Translations under genes and position numbers: made by a program
In this document: one piece after another, positions 14,138 through 28,272 of the stretch
Position numbering within the stretch: position 1 is the stretch's first letter
How the letters are laid out: each line of letters begins with the position of its first letter
The notes under the pieces: generated by a model
The model's database searches: none
What the model was told of the DNA's origin: nothing
Seen by the model: only the letters and a program-made list of their open reading frames with translations
Assembly (NCBI GenBank): GCA_951406725.2
Contig: OX597814.1
Coordinates: 113,584,001-113,648,000, forward strand
Reading direction: 5' to 3'
From: Octopus vulgaris
Lineage: Eukaryota
Length of the DNA: 64,000 bases

Positions 14138-14490
14138 TAGCAGTATCGCCCGGCGTTGCTCGGGTTTGTAAGGGAAATAACTATAAAGCATTTTTAGAGA
14201 GTTATAGCCCAAAAATGGGAAAAAAATGATGGTAAATTTTTTTTAGTTAAAAAGGTCGAGTTGCGTCCCCTAGACAGTCTGGTTTGTGTTTCTGATTCTC
14301 GACCCCATGTCGAATTTATCGATTTTTTTCAGAACTGGGGGAACTTTTCAAAATTTTCGCTGCGTTAGTTTTGAATTATGACATTGGGCTATGTGTGTGT
14401 CAAGTTTCATCAGAATCGGTTGAAAGCCGTGGTCAGGGTGAGGGTACAACCTGACAGACACACAGACAGACAAACTGCCGTTTACATATA
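14137..14490 (-). mobile_element. Non-autonomous Helitron-like element
   Basis: CTAG terminus with cccgagcaacgccggg hairpin, nearly identical to the 3' end at 3520-3565. The 5' part has a (ctgt)n repeat. Confidence 0.8.
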
Positions 14491-14771
14491 TATATATATA
14501 TATATATATCGACGAAAGTTGCAAAGTGAGTGAAGGTTGAAGAGTTTCGTCCACAACGTTTGTTAAACTTTGTTGAGTGCCATGTACGAAACGCTCGGTC
14601 CCTAAGTCATTTTGTAACTTACGTAAATTAAAAATAATATATGTATATGCATATATATATATATTTATTCATAATGTATATACAGGTATATATATATATA
14701 CCTATGTAGATATATGTATATATATATATATATGTAGATATAGTGCATAGATATGTGTATATATGCATGTA

Positions 14772-14806
<35 letters not shown>

Positions 14807-14866
14807 GTAGATATAGTGCATAGATATGTGTATATATGCATGTATATATACATAGATATATATATA

Positions 14867-14950
<84 letters not shown>

Positions 14951-15393
14951 CAGACAGAAAAAGAAAAGGGGATTTAGAGATAGAGATTTAGAGAGAGAGA
15001 GAACGACAGAGAGAGACAGAAGTGGAAGTATGCAAGTGTCAGTGAACAAATACATCAACTTGCATAACTGTCTGCGAAGATATTCTATTTAATTTTCTGT
15101 TGGAAACACACATAAAAAAACAACAACAATTAGAATAACAGCAGCCATAACAAAAAACACAAGAAAAATAACAACAGAAACGAGGCAAAAACCAACGATA
15201 ACGACTCGACACGAACAACGTAACAATAACAAAAACAACAATAACGGCCGAGTCCTTATCTGGATAAAGCTCTTTGAAGTGTAACCTTATTTCGTTGTAT
15301 TCAGCGCATAATTGTTATTAATATATATATATACATATATATATATATATGTGTGTGTGTGTGTATTTATGTGTGCATGTATGTATGTATGTA

Positions 15394-15424
<31 letters not shown>

Positions 15425-15696
15425 AGTTCGCTTCTTGCTCTTAAAGCAAGCAATTTAGGATAAACATTAGCAACCTAATCTGTTGAGCCAAATATGCCCA
15501 TCCCTATTCGGTAATTGTCGTAAGGACCCTCCACAGTCTGGTAACTTTAGCAGGGGATTGTTTCAGAATAAGGTACCACATTACAAATCAAATGATAAGT
15601 AAATGGGTGTAATGAAGAACAGTTGAGGGCAAAAAGTCGTAAGAAAAGGGAAAATTATTTATCCTGGCTTACTTTGTGTATCCTCACTTTTGGCAG

Positions 15697-15755
<59 letters not shown>

Positions 15756-15912
15756 GATAGATCTAATATAGGTAGAATCAACAAAAAATTATTCTATGCG
15801 GCCGAAAGAACTAGTTTCATGCTGTTATGATACTTTAACTGGGCATATTTATAAAGTGTGCCATTATATCTGCAAACGATCTTTCGGGATCTGTGTTTAT
15901 CCGATATATTAT

Positions 15913-16502
15913 ATTCTTTTCTGATCTTGGCACAAGGCCCGAAATTTTTGGAGAGGGGGCCCCAGTCGATTAGATCGACCTCAGCACGCATCTGGTACTT
16001 AATTTATATACCCCGTAAAGATGAAAGACAAAGTCGACCTCGGCGGAATTTGAACTCAGAACGTAACGGCAGACGAAATACCGCTAAGCATTTCGCACGG
16101 CGTGCTAACGTTTCTGCCAGCTCGCCGCCTTACCCGTTATATATATTTATTTCTTTATTGCCCCCAGGGGGTAAACATATAGGGGACAAACAAAGGGATT
16201 AAGTCGATTAGATCGACACCAGTACGTAACTGGTACTTATTTAATGGACCCCGAAAGGATGAAAGACAAAGTCGACCTCGGCGGAATTTGAACTCAGAAC
16301 ATAACGGACAGACGAAATACCTATTTCTTTACTACCCACAAGGGGCTAAACAGAGAGAGGACAAACAAGTACAGACAAACAAGTACAGACAAACGGGTCA
16401 AGTCGATCCCCAGTGCGTAACTGGTAGTTATTTAATTGACCCCGAAAGGATGAAAGGCTAAGTCGACCTCGGCGTGCTAACGTTTCTGCCAGATCACCGC
16501 CT
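15913..16502 (-). mobile_element. Tandem SINE family B copies (monomer 15913-16130; dimeric form ~16145-16502)
   Basis: Repeated ccccgaaaggatgaaag.caaagtcgacctcggcggaatttgaactcagaac. Head reads ggcggcgagctggcagaaacgttagcacg on the minus strand. Confidence 0.9.
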
Positions 16503-16949
16503 TTCCGTTATATATATTGTAAAAGCAAGGACGCCGGACCCTGAGAAAATTCAAAAACAAGACAAAAATCGAGAAGAAAAGCAACGAAGAAGGTTGATGT
16601 AAAAAATGGAACGAAAACAGGATAACCGAGACCCCCATCCTCCCTAATTGGAGAAACCACAATTAATGCAGCTGGTATAGAACAAAATAACAGAAAATAT
16701 GTCAAAGACGGTGAGACGGCAACTCAACCTGGAGCGGGTGGTGTCCTCCAGTTCGACAAAAGAAACTTATCCATGTGCTTACACCTACCAAATGGACTGA
16801 GTAATTTTTCAATTGAATGTTAAATTGTTCTTATAACACACAAGCAAACATAAATATATGTCTATAATATACATGCATGTATATACAATATGATACAAGT
16901 ATTTATCATTTTTCCCCGTTAATTGCATATCTATATGTTTGACGATATA

Positions 16950-17230
16950 AATCTTATGAGTGGATTTGGCAGATGGAAGCTGAAAGAAGCACGTCGTATA
17001 TATACACATGTATGAGAGTGAGTGGGTATGTTTCTTTGTCTCTGTCTTCTCCACTCCTTCACAACCGGCGTTGGTGTATTTACGTCCCCGTAACTTTGCG
17101 GTTCGATAAAAGAGACGCTAGAATAAGTACTATGCTTAAAATCAATAACGGAGTCAATTCCTTCGCCTAAAATTCTTCAATGCGGTGCCCCAGCATGACC
17201 GCAGTCTAATGATTGAAACAAGTAAAAGAT
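16950..17230 (+). mobile_element. SINE family A, 3' portion
   Basis: gagtggatttggcagatggaa.ctgaaagaagc...ccagcatgaccgcagtctaatgattgaaacaagtaaaaga. Confidence 0.82.
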
Positions 17231-17252
17231 GAAAGAGAAAATATATATGCAT

Positions 17253-17317
<65 letters not shown>

Positions 17318-17377
17318 GATGCACACACTCACTCACTCGTACACACACACACACACGCATATAAATATATATGCGTG

Positions 17378-17685
17378 GAGATTCCCTTCGGTCATGAATG
17401 ACCGTGGGATTGCACCTAGAAAGTTACCCTCCCAGGCACAAGTCCGTGGAAGGTTGTTTCTGGAAGGCCAGCAGTCGCCGATGCATACTACCCTCCTCTC
17501 TCCACATCACTGATGTTATCCAGGGGAAAGGCAAAGTGGCCGATACACCTGTGATGTCGCAACTCATTTCTACAGCTGAGTGAACTGGAGCAACGTGAAA
17601 TAAAGTGTCTTGCTCAAAAACACAACACGCAGCCCGGTCCGGGAATCGAATTCACAACCTCGCGCACTGAGGCATGCGCTTTCAC
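17378..17685 (-). mobile_element. tRNA-derived SINE family C; near-full copy at 32241-32536 (-)
   Basis: The two copies align (cccttcggtcat..gggattgcacctagaaagttaccctc...ctacagctgagtga.ctggagcaacgtgaaataaagtgtcttgctcaa). The 32.5-kb copy has A box tggctcagtgg and B box gttcgaatccc. Confidence 0.88.
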
Positions 17686-17964
17686 TAACACCACGATGTC
17701 AAATTTTGTCCATTTTCAAGAGAAGTCGCTATTAGGTACTTTTGAAGTCTTCTTTGAAGAGTCAGATGCGACTTTATATGGAAAGAAACAATGCAGGTAA
17801 TTATAAGAGGAGTTGAATTAATGCATGCAAGATTCCACAACTCTAGCATCACTCCTTCGCAGTTCTCTTTATTATGTTGAAGAGCTGTGTTTATACACGG
17901 AAATAATACTTCTTACAGAAGTCATCGCGCTATAACCGTATTTTATAATCTGTGAAGATTATAG

Positions 17965-18533
<569 letters not shown>

Positions 18534-19192
18534 CGCACTGATTTCAAATCTCGAAGAGATCGACTCTGCTTTTCATACTTTCGAATTCCATGAAATCAAG
18601 TATCAGTCATGTGCTGGGTCGATAACCTCTCTGTACATAAGTTTTTAACCTTGTGTCTATGTTAGAAACGAAACTATTATTAAAAGATAACGGTAAAAAG
18701 ATAACGGTAGTTTGTCTGAATGCTTTCGTCCTTGTATCAAACGAATGTCCCTTCAAATTTAAAGTGATTTCAACTTGAAAGAAACAAACATCTGGTCTGC
18801 AGTCGATTGTGTAATTACTATTTGTCGGTTAATTGTTTTTTTTACACCAAACAAGAAAAGATTGAAGAAAGTAGGCAAAAAGAAAAAATACCAAAAGCGA
18901 AAACAACAGCGAGAACAAGATTACTGTTAAATCATCATCAGTAGCAACAGAAGCATTATCCTCAATAGAAATAACAGCAAAAACAACAATAGCTGTAGCG
19001 ATGTGCTGTGGAAATACCGAAGGATATGCAAAAGACATTGAAATAAAGAAACGAGAGAGAAACAATTAGCCAAGGTGAAAAGGGCGGTAATTAAGGGTGG
19101 CGGGTGAGCGTTGGACTTTTTTTTTACATAGCAGAGTAAAACTGATTGGAGCGCCTGTTTCATCATGTATCTGTGTAAGCGCGCCTGTGTTC

Positions 19193-19248
<56 letters not shown>

Positions 19249-19379
19249 GTATGTATGTGTATGTATGCATGTGTGTGTGTGTGCGTTTATGTATATATAT
19301 ATATATATGTGTGTGTACGTGTGTATATATGTGTGTGTGCGTGTGTGTGTATATATATTTGTGTGTGTGTAGGTATGTA

Positions 19380-19533
19380 TAGGAGTAGCTGTGTGGCAAG
19401 AAGCTTGCTTCCCAACCACATAGTTTCGGGTTCAATCCCAGTGCGAGGCACCTTGAGCAAGTGTCTTCTACTATAGCCTCGGGCCAACCAAAGCCTTGCG
19501 AACGGATTTGGTAGATGTAAACTGAAAAAGCCC

Positions 19534-19535
<2 letters not shown>
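19380..19535 (+). mobile_element. SINE family A, 5' half; inverted 5' half at ~21295-21440
   Basis: ggagtagctgtgtggcaagaagcttgcttcccaaccacat..gggttcaatccca, ending at the internal microsatellite. Confidence 0.85.
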
Positions 19536-19603
<68 letters not shown>

Positions 19604-19693
19604 GTATGTATGTATGTGTGTGTGTGTGTGTGTGTGTATATACATATGTGTGTGTGTATATATATATGTATATACATATATACATGTATATGC

Positions 19694-19725
<32 letters not shown>

Positions 19726-20104
19726 TATACATATATATATGTATATATATATATATATGTATGTGTGTGTATGTGTGTGTGTGTATGTATGTGTGTGTGT
19801 ATGTATATATGCATATATACATTTATGTATATGTATGTATAATACAATCTTTATAGACTCGGAGTGTTTGCTGTCGAGAGGAAACAAAAGAAAATCTCAG
19901 AACGAAAACAAGTACGCTACTTCACAGCAATCAAAACTAATCAACACGAACACTAAGAACGGCTGCAATGATAATAATATTAGTAACGATCGTCAGGAGA
20001 TGTTAAAAACAATAGCAGCAACGGCAATAACATGTGGAGATGAAACAGTTAAAAATGACAGCAAAAATTTGAAAGTAGACAGTTACACACACACGTTTAA
20101 TCTA

Positions 20105-20141
<37 letters not shown>

Positions 20142-20655
20142 GGGCAAAACGCCCCCCGTCCAATGGACGTGCTGAGTTGTCAAATACACATTCCCACGGC
20201 TTTATCGTTCGCATTCTCACCTATTGTTTATAGCTTTATGTGTTCAGTGCTTCGAGAGCCGCTCTTCCAAAAAATTCTAATAAAGTCAACTATCTCTCTT
20301 TCTCTCTCTAATTATATTATATATCATATGAAGTGTTTAGTAACAGAGTGCCATAAGCGTCACGCTGGCCATTTTCGAGGTTAATCATATTCTTTGTCTC
20401 GACGTCTAGAATCTGAAATGGTTGGGAGGAAGAACCGGTGAGGCTTGCAATACGGTCGAAAATCCAGCTGAAAAAAAAAAATTGTACCTCGACGCTATTG
20501 ACACGACACTCGCTCACCCAAACTCGGACCGGAGAGTTTAGTAACACACCATCGTAAGCACACACGCTCTATCAATAACAGTTAAAATATCATTTTTATC
20601 ATTTTATTGGTTTAAAATATAGACAGTATGTTATTTCTGAAGAAATTTAATCACG

Positions 20656-20694
<39 letters not shown>

Positions 20695-20699
20695 CTACA

Positions 20700-20730
<31 letters not shown>

Positions 20731-21620
20731 TATTACTTCTCATCCTCCTTCTTCATTATCATCATCATCATCGTTTAACATCCGCTTTCTATGCTGGCAT
20801 AGGTTGGATGGTTTGACTGGGGACTAGCAAGCCAGGAAGCAGCACCTTTATAATTTTTCGTGGTGTTATGGCTCATTTTGTAATATTCCTCGTTACCATC
20901 GTAATGATAATGGGCTATTATCTTACTACTTTGATATATTAAAACACAAACAATACCTTTGTGGGGTGGGTGGTCTCTGTATGTTTTTGTCTAGGCATTA
21001 TGGCTAAAATATACAATGCGATACATTGTTTCATAGTACCGGTATATCCTACAAAATGAGAAAGATGCAGTTATTGCTTTATCTTTCAGATACATACATA
21101 AATAAATAATTAGGGGAAATGATTAGAGGAGGTCTTCACGGTCATTTTAAGACCAAAACCAGTTTTCTAACTTCATTCCTTGCCGAGATATAGCATTCTG
21201 AAAGTCGTCAAGCTTTGCGTTTTTCTCGGTTTTTAAGTTGTGGCTCTTACGACGGTCGGTTAGTAAACGCCTCATATTATATGCGATAAGTATTCACACA
21301 GTTTCCACCTACCAAATACATTCAAAGCATTGGTCAGTTAAGGGCTGTAGTAGAAGACACTTGCCAATGTGCCATGCAGTAGGACTGAAACCGAAACCAT
21401 GTTGTAAATGAGTTTCTTGCCCACACAGCCATACCTGCACATACAATGTAGAAAATTAAAATTATCTAAACAGCGTGGTAATTATCTTGGTTTAAAATCT
21501 ATGTCGAAAAGGCGAAAACAATTTATTTTTTATCCTGTGTCACGCTGAAAGTTTTTTTTTTTGAGTTCTGATGTCAACAGAGAAGTTTATTATTTATAAC
21601 TAACTCTAGCAATTTTGTTA

Positions 21621-22460
21621 GCATCAGATGTGGTGTGCAAGAGAGACGATTTCGCTGGTATGGTCATGTGCTGCGTATGGATGAGGAGAGCTGTGTGAAG
21701 AAGTGTCACTCCCTAACAATGGAAGGAAACCGTGGAAGAGGGAGACCCAGGGAGACATGAGATGAGGTGGTGAAGCATGACCTTCGAACGTTGGGCGTCA
21801 AAGAGGCAATGACAAGAGATCGAGACCTCTGGAGGTATGCTGTGACTGAGAAGACCCGGCAAGTAAAGTGAGATCACAGCCGTAGCCTATACCAGTGTCG
21901 CATAATCAGCCCATTTAAATAGTACCTTTGAATCGTCGGGCGACATGCCATGCTTGAGGAGACCTAATAAGTCAAGTAAAATCTAATATTTAAAATCAAA
22001 ATCACAATCAAAAATGGAAATTGTAGTTTTAGCTGATGCTAGTGCCGCCTAACTGGCTCCTCGTGCCGGTGGCACGTAAAAAACTATCACCCGAACGTGG
22101 TCGATGCCAGCCTCCCCACCCTGGCTGGCTCCTGTGCCAGTGACACGTTAAAAACACCATCCGAACGTGGACGTTGCCAGTGCCGCCTAACTGGCTCCCG
22201 TGCAGGTAGTACGTAAAAAGCACCCACTGCACTCTCAGTGTGCTTGGCGTTAGGAAGGACATCCAGCTGTAGAAACATTGCCAGATCACATTGGACCCTG
22301 GTGCTGCCTCCTGGCTTGCCAGTCTCCAGTCAAACTTGAAAACAGCACTAACTTAGAAGAAATTTATTATCTAAATGAAGTATATTTAGAAAGTTTGGTT
22401 GATCTTTCTACCAACCCATGCCAGCATGGAAAACGGACGTTAAACGATGATGATGATGAT
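21621..22460 (+). mobile_element. RTE-clade LINE 3' end (ORF C-terminus, repeat-containing 3' UTR, (GAT)n tail)
   Basis: Translates as RCGVQERRFRWYGHVLRMDEESCVKKC..EGNRGRGRPRET*DEVVKHDL...RDRDLWR. 3' motif ggcgttaggaagg.catccagctgtagaaac. Related tails at 20755-20846 (-), 23110-23400 (-) and 54655-55120 (-). Confidence 0.88.
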
Positions 22461-22470
22461 AATGAAGAAG

Positions 22471-22524
<54 letters not shown>

Positions 22525-22525
22525 C

Positions 22526-22576
<51 letters not shown>

Positions 22577-23634
22577 TCGTGATTAAATTTCTTCAGAAAT
22601 AACATACTGTCTATATTTTAAACCAATTTCCAAAATAATCCAGAATTTGATAGGATTTATTTATGCATTGAGCTTATGTTGGTAACATAACTTATAAAAG
22701 CTTCCTTACAATGTGTTAATGTCCGATTTTGTGTGTACGAGTAGGCGTGGAAAGTTAACATAGTCAGAAATGAATGACTGATATTTAATTACTCGGAGAC
22801 GTAAACCGAACGTAATAAATAATAGTTAAGCGAGTCTAGACATAATTTATATGCTAACTTGTTCACGCCTACCAGTATACTATATTGTACACCTACTTAG
22901 AGATTCTTTCATCACTGCTTTAGTAATGATGTGACGGCTGTGCTTTACTGAGGAGGTTTTATAACACTGGAACATGTCCGGAGTTGTCTCCAATACTTAT
23001 CGAAATGATTAAACTATTAGTCATTGAACATTGCTGAGGAGATTTAATAGCACTGAAACATGTCTAGAATTGTCTTCAATATTTGTCAAAGTGATTAAAA
23101 TATTAACCATCAGCATCGTTTAACGTTCGTGCTCCATGCTGACATGGGTTGGATGGTTTGACAGGAGCTGGTAGGGCTGGGGACCACACCAGGTTCCAGT
23201 TGTCTGTTTTGGCATGGTTTCTATTGCTGGATGCCCTTCCTAATGCCAACCACTTACAGAGTGTATTCGGTGAATTTTATGCGACACCAGTACAGGTGCT
23301 CTTTTATGTTGCATCAGCACTAGCGGGAGTCGCCAAATAGCTTGCATGTCAAAGACCTCTCGACTGAGAGAGGGAGTGGAACCAAGAGAAGTGTCCCTCT
23401 CTTATGGTAGACGAACAAAAAAGATAGACACAGTCTTATTTCATCCTCCTCGCTTCAGTTTTTCAAATTAGATTTTCCATGATCCTTTATTAAAAATAGA
23501 AAGACCAACCAAACATTATAAATATACTTCATTTAGATAATAAAATCATTCTAAGTTAGTGCTATTTAGAAGTAACATTACAATATATCATTTTCCATGC
23601 TTCACTACATACGTTAATATAAAGCCTTTAACGG

Positions 23635-23925
23635 ATGCAGGTGTTGCTGCGTGGTAAACAGTTTGCTTCCTAACCACATGGTTCAAGGTTCAATCTCGCT
23701 GCCCGGCACCTTGGGCAAATGTCTTCTACTATAGCCTCGGCCCGACCAAACCCTTATAAGTGGATTTAGCTGACGGAAACTGAAAGAATCCTATCGTGTG
23801 TGTGTACGCGCGTGTTTGTTCTCCCACACAATCGCTTGATAATCGTTGTTGGTGTGTTTGTTTCCGTCCCCGTAGCTTAGCGGGTCAGCCAAATGAGACC
23901 GATGGAATAAGTACTAGGCTTACAA
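23635..23925 (+). mobile_element. SINE family A copy ending ~130 bp upstream of the first Tbx1 exon
   Basis: Family A head and body, with a shortened tail. Confidence 0.85.
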
Positions 23926-24058
23926 GGGGGTGGGGAGTAATTCACACGCAGCAGCGTTCTTCTAGGTTTGTATTTTAATTGGAGGATTAAGTATCAATTC
24001 TGATTGGTTAAAGTTCTGATGTTCTCTAAGAATTTCTTTTTTATTTATATCTTTGCAG

Positions 24059-24404
24059 CTTGCTTAATCAATGCTGGAACTACACGGCCATTTTACGATC
24101 CTCCTCGGTTAGACACGTCCCAACTGTCTCAGTCAGATGTAGGAGGTGGTGGTGGTCATTTGGAATCGGTTGATATCGACGGCAAGTCTTCAACAGCTGG
24201 ATCTCCTGCAACAAGCGGTCAAAATGACTGCAGTAAACTTGGAAATGCCCAAGAAGCGCCGCCTACACCAAACGGGACACAGGAAACTATTAAAAAACCT
24301 TTACATTCGACATTGTGTAATGTTACCGTACAACTGGAGTCTAAAGGCTTATGGGATCAGTTTGATAAACTTTGTACAGAAATGATCGTTACGAAAGCAG
24401 GAAG
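24059..24404 (+). CDS. Tbx1: T-box transcription factor (Tbx1/10, org-1 subfamily), internal coding exon: N-terminal region plus start of the T-box
   Basis: Polypyrimidine tract and tttgcAG acceptor (24057-58). Open frame ends VTVQLESKGLWDQFDKLCTEMIVTKAG(R). AG|GTAAGT donor at 24405. Exon starts in phase 1 and ends in phase 2, and has no Met before the T-box, so an upstream exon is required. Confidence 0.93.
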
Positions 24405-24410
24405 GTAAGT

Positions 24411-24456
<46 letters not shown>

Positions 24457-24661
24457 GATATGCACCACTCACACACAGAGATAAACACCACACACATACA
24501 CCACACACACATACACACTCACACACACATGGATAAGCACCATACACACACTCACTCAGATACGCACCACACACATGCACACTCACACACACACTCACAC
24601 ACGCACACTCACACGCATAGATATGCACCACACGCACACTAACACACGCATAGATATACAC

Positions 24662-24693
<32 letters not shown>

Positions 24694-24773
24694 CACCACA
24701 CACACACACACATAGAAACTGCACACACACTCGCACACACAGATAAGGACCACACACACACTCTCTCTTTTCG

Positions 24774-24808
<35 letters not shown>

Positions 24809-24971
24809 CTCGTACGGACATGCGCATGCGCACGCATTTTAATGACTTAGAAATAAATCTGTCGATAATGGAATTTCCTTTTACTGTATTTCACTGGTGA
24901 TAGCGACGATGATGATGATGATGATGAGGAGGACAACGACGATGAGGATGGTTAATATGATGACGGTGATA

Positions 24972-25366
24972 AGGCGGCGAGCTGGCAGAAACATTAGCAC
25001 GTCGGGCGAAATGCTCAGCGGTATTTCGTCTGTCTTTATGTTCTGAGTTCAAATTCCGCCCAGGTCGACTTTGCTTTTCATCCTTTCGGGTCGATTAAAT
25101 AAGTACCAGTTATGCACTGGGGTCGATATAGTCGACTTAATTCGTTTCTCTGTCTTTGTTTGTCCCCTCTGTGTGTAGCCCCTTGTGGATAGTAAAGAAA
25201 TAGGTATTTCGTGTGTCTTTACATTCTGAGTTCAAATTCCGCCGAGGTCGACTTAGCCTTTCATCCTTTCGGGGGCGATAAATTAAGTACCAGTTGTATA
25301 CTGGAGTCGATCTAATCGACTGTCCCCTCCCCCAAAATTTCGGGCTTTGTGCCTAGAGTAGAAAAG
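24972..25366 (+). mobile_element. Full-length dimeric SINE family B with a 17-bp target-site duplication
   Basis: TSD aatatgatgacggtgat at 24954-24970 and 25367-25383. tRNA-like head with B box gagttcaaattcc. The core is duplicated internally. Confidence 0.93.
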
Positions 25367-26226
25367 AATATGATGACGGTGATGATGAGCATGATAATGA
25401 TGATGATGGTGATGATGATGATGATGATGATGACGATGATGGCTATGATGGTGAAGATGATCTCTGACTATTGCTGTCTTGAAGCTGTGAAAATATGATT
25501 CGGATGAGTATTAGAAAATTCTAATTGAAGTTTATTAAAATTGATTAAATCAAGATTAATGTTCTCGTATAAATTTATTAATTCCATTTAATTTAATTGC
25601 TAACGGATCAATTTCTCGTAATTTTCTTTGCAATATGGTTTCAATGACAATTGACAAAAAAAAAAAGGGAGAAGAAAGTCACATGTCAGAATTTGATCGT
25701 CATTGTCGTCACCGCTGTTGTCGTCCTCACCCAGAATCCACCGCGGTGGCCGTCGTGGCCGTCGTCAGCATTCACGATCGAGTATGAAGAGTTCATGACG
25801 CCCATATAGTCATGAACAGACGCAGATACTGTCTCGGCCTTGGCAGCCTTGACTCACTGGTGGGTGCAGGCAGGGATCTGGCATTTGACAGTAGCGCAGA
25901 GGGAGACGGTTTTACCGTCCAGAGTAGTAGGGAGCTGCATGAGGTGGAACGTCTTGCGCAAAGAAGGGGTTAAGGTGTGCCCTCGCGGTGTTGCAATCGT
26001 GGCTTTCACTCCTCGACCGAGCAGTGAGTTGTATTCTTGAGTAAAGCGTTTCATGTCACACAACTCCAGTCCACTCAGCTGCACGCGAGTAACCTTCAGA
26101 CGGATTGGCGTCCCGTTCAGGGAGAATGTTGTGATCTCGGGTCATTTATACGCCATAGAAACCTTGTAACCAGCTATATGAGCCTTAGGACTCATGATGA
26201 TGATGATGATGATAATGATGATGGTG

Positions 26227-26292
<66 letters not shown>

Positions 26293-26478
26293 GTAGTAGT
26301 AGACGTTGCACAGTATCCAATATCGTGAGGTTGTTGATTGAAGATATTGTATCTACCGGGGTGGGGTGGGGTGGGGGTTTGTACTGTCTGTTAAGTCACA
26401 ACAAGGACCTCAGACAGACTGTACTTTACGCAATATGCGTTCAGTTCCAAGTAATGCCGACTTTTGCAACACATCTAG

Positions 26479-26537
26479 ATTCTTCTTCTTCTTCTTCTTC
26501 TTCTTCTTCTTCTTCTTCTTCTTCTTCTTCTTCTTCT

Positions 26538-26581
<44 letters not shown>

Positions 26582-26703
26582 TTCTTCTTCTTCTTCTTCT
26601 TCTTCTTCTTCTTCTTCTTCTTCTTCTTCTTCTTCTCCTCCTCCTCCTCCTTCTCCTCCTCCTCCTCCTCCTCCTCCCCCTCCTCACCACGACCACGACG
26701 ACG

Positions 26704-26734
<31 letters not shown>

Positions 26735-26772
26735 TCATCATCTCATCATCAGTATTATTATTATTATTATTA
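26479..26772. repeat. Compound trinucleotide microsatellite (TCT)(TCG)(TCT)(CCT)(CAC)(CAT)(TAT)
   Basis: Direct reading. It produces the spurious poly-S/P/H ORF 26037-27068. Confidence 0.95.
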
Positions 26773-27575
26773 GACCTAAAACGCTGCTTGGTCCAGAAAT
26801 CGAAACGACGGCATTTCTAACCACTTGGCTTATCGCCCCTTCTTCACATGACCGCATCAATCATGAGACGCGTATAATAAACAAAACTGTGCATTTTGCT
26901 GTATCAGGAAGACATTATTATAATCGCTGTAACGAACTATTTTTTCCTCCGATTTCGCTTAAGTTGGCGATTTGTGAGTCGATTCAAGAACTAGGCAAAA
27001 ACACAACAAACATGGCGTCTGTTGTTTTTCTTTTTATTGCATCGTTGTTTCTTTGTGTTTTGCATTAAACTTTTTTCTTTTACAGCTCAAGAGATTATAT
27101 AACATGTAAAATAATAATAATAGCAAATGCCAGTGGTGAGACTGTTGACTCTAGTCAATAGTCAGGCTCCTTCTCTCTCTCTCTCTCGCCTTCGTGATAA
27201 CTAGATATGAGTAATTAATGGCGATTTTTTTTTCTCCCTTTCTAAGTTGTCTCGGAGCAATGAACACATATCACGTACTGTGTGTCACTTAGCTTGAAAA
27301 TGAGGATAAGAAGAAATGATAAATGAAAAGTGACGGGAAGCTAACAAGAAGAAGATAAAGGGTGAAAAAAATCACATGGCATTTAAGAAACAACAGCAAT
27401 AACACCAGCAGTTGTAATAGTAGCAGCAGCAGCATTAGTAGTAATAGCATAGTTTTCAAACTTTTTGTGACTGATTTTGCTTACATCTACATTCAGATAT
27501 TTAAAGGTGTTGTTGAACTGAGGGAGACCTCACCTTGTAGAAATTAGTGTTATTATTATTTATTATTATTATTAC

Positions 27576-27629
<54 letters not shown>

Positions 27630-27671
27630 TAATATCATTATTATTATTATTATTGTTGTTGTTGTTGTTGT

Positions 27672-27828
27672 TGTGTGGCAAGTAGCTTGCTTACGAACCA
27701 CATGGTTCCGGGTTCAGTCCCACTGCGTAGCACCTTGGGCAAGTGTCTTCTACTATAGCCTTGGACAGACCAAAGCCTTGTGAGAGGATTTGGTAGACGG
27801 AAACTGAAAGAAGCCCGTCGTATATATG

Positions 27829-27860
<32 letters not shown>

Positions 27861-28216
27861 TACATATATATATATGTGTGTGTGTGTGTTTGTGTGTCAA
27901 TGTTTGTCATCAAAACATCGCTTGACAACCGACGCTGGTGTGTTTACTTCCCGGTAAATTAGCGGTTCGGCAAAAGAGACCGATAGAATAAGTACTAGGC
28001 GTACAAAGAATAAGTCCTGGGGGCGATTTACTCGACTAATGGCTACAGTCAAATGACTGAAACAAGTAAAAAGAGCTGGGTTCTAAGTTCAAATTCTACC
28101 GAAGTCGATTTTGTCTTTCGTCCTTTCGGGGCCGATAAACTAAGTACCAGTGAGTCAATGTAATCGACTAATCTTCTCACCACCAAATTTCAGGCCTTAT
28201 ACCTATAATAGAGAGG

Positions 28217-28272
<56 letters not shown>

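Noticed and set aside
24004-24058. ORF-track N-terminus of the first Tbx1 exon (also 55763-55842)
   Set aside because: Intronic polypyrimidine sequence upstream of the AG acceptors, with non-ATG starts.
26037-27068. 343-aa ORF with poly-Y/S/P/H tracts
   Set aside because: It stays open only because trinucleotide repeats lack stops. It starts in a SINE remnant and has no domain.
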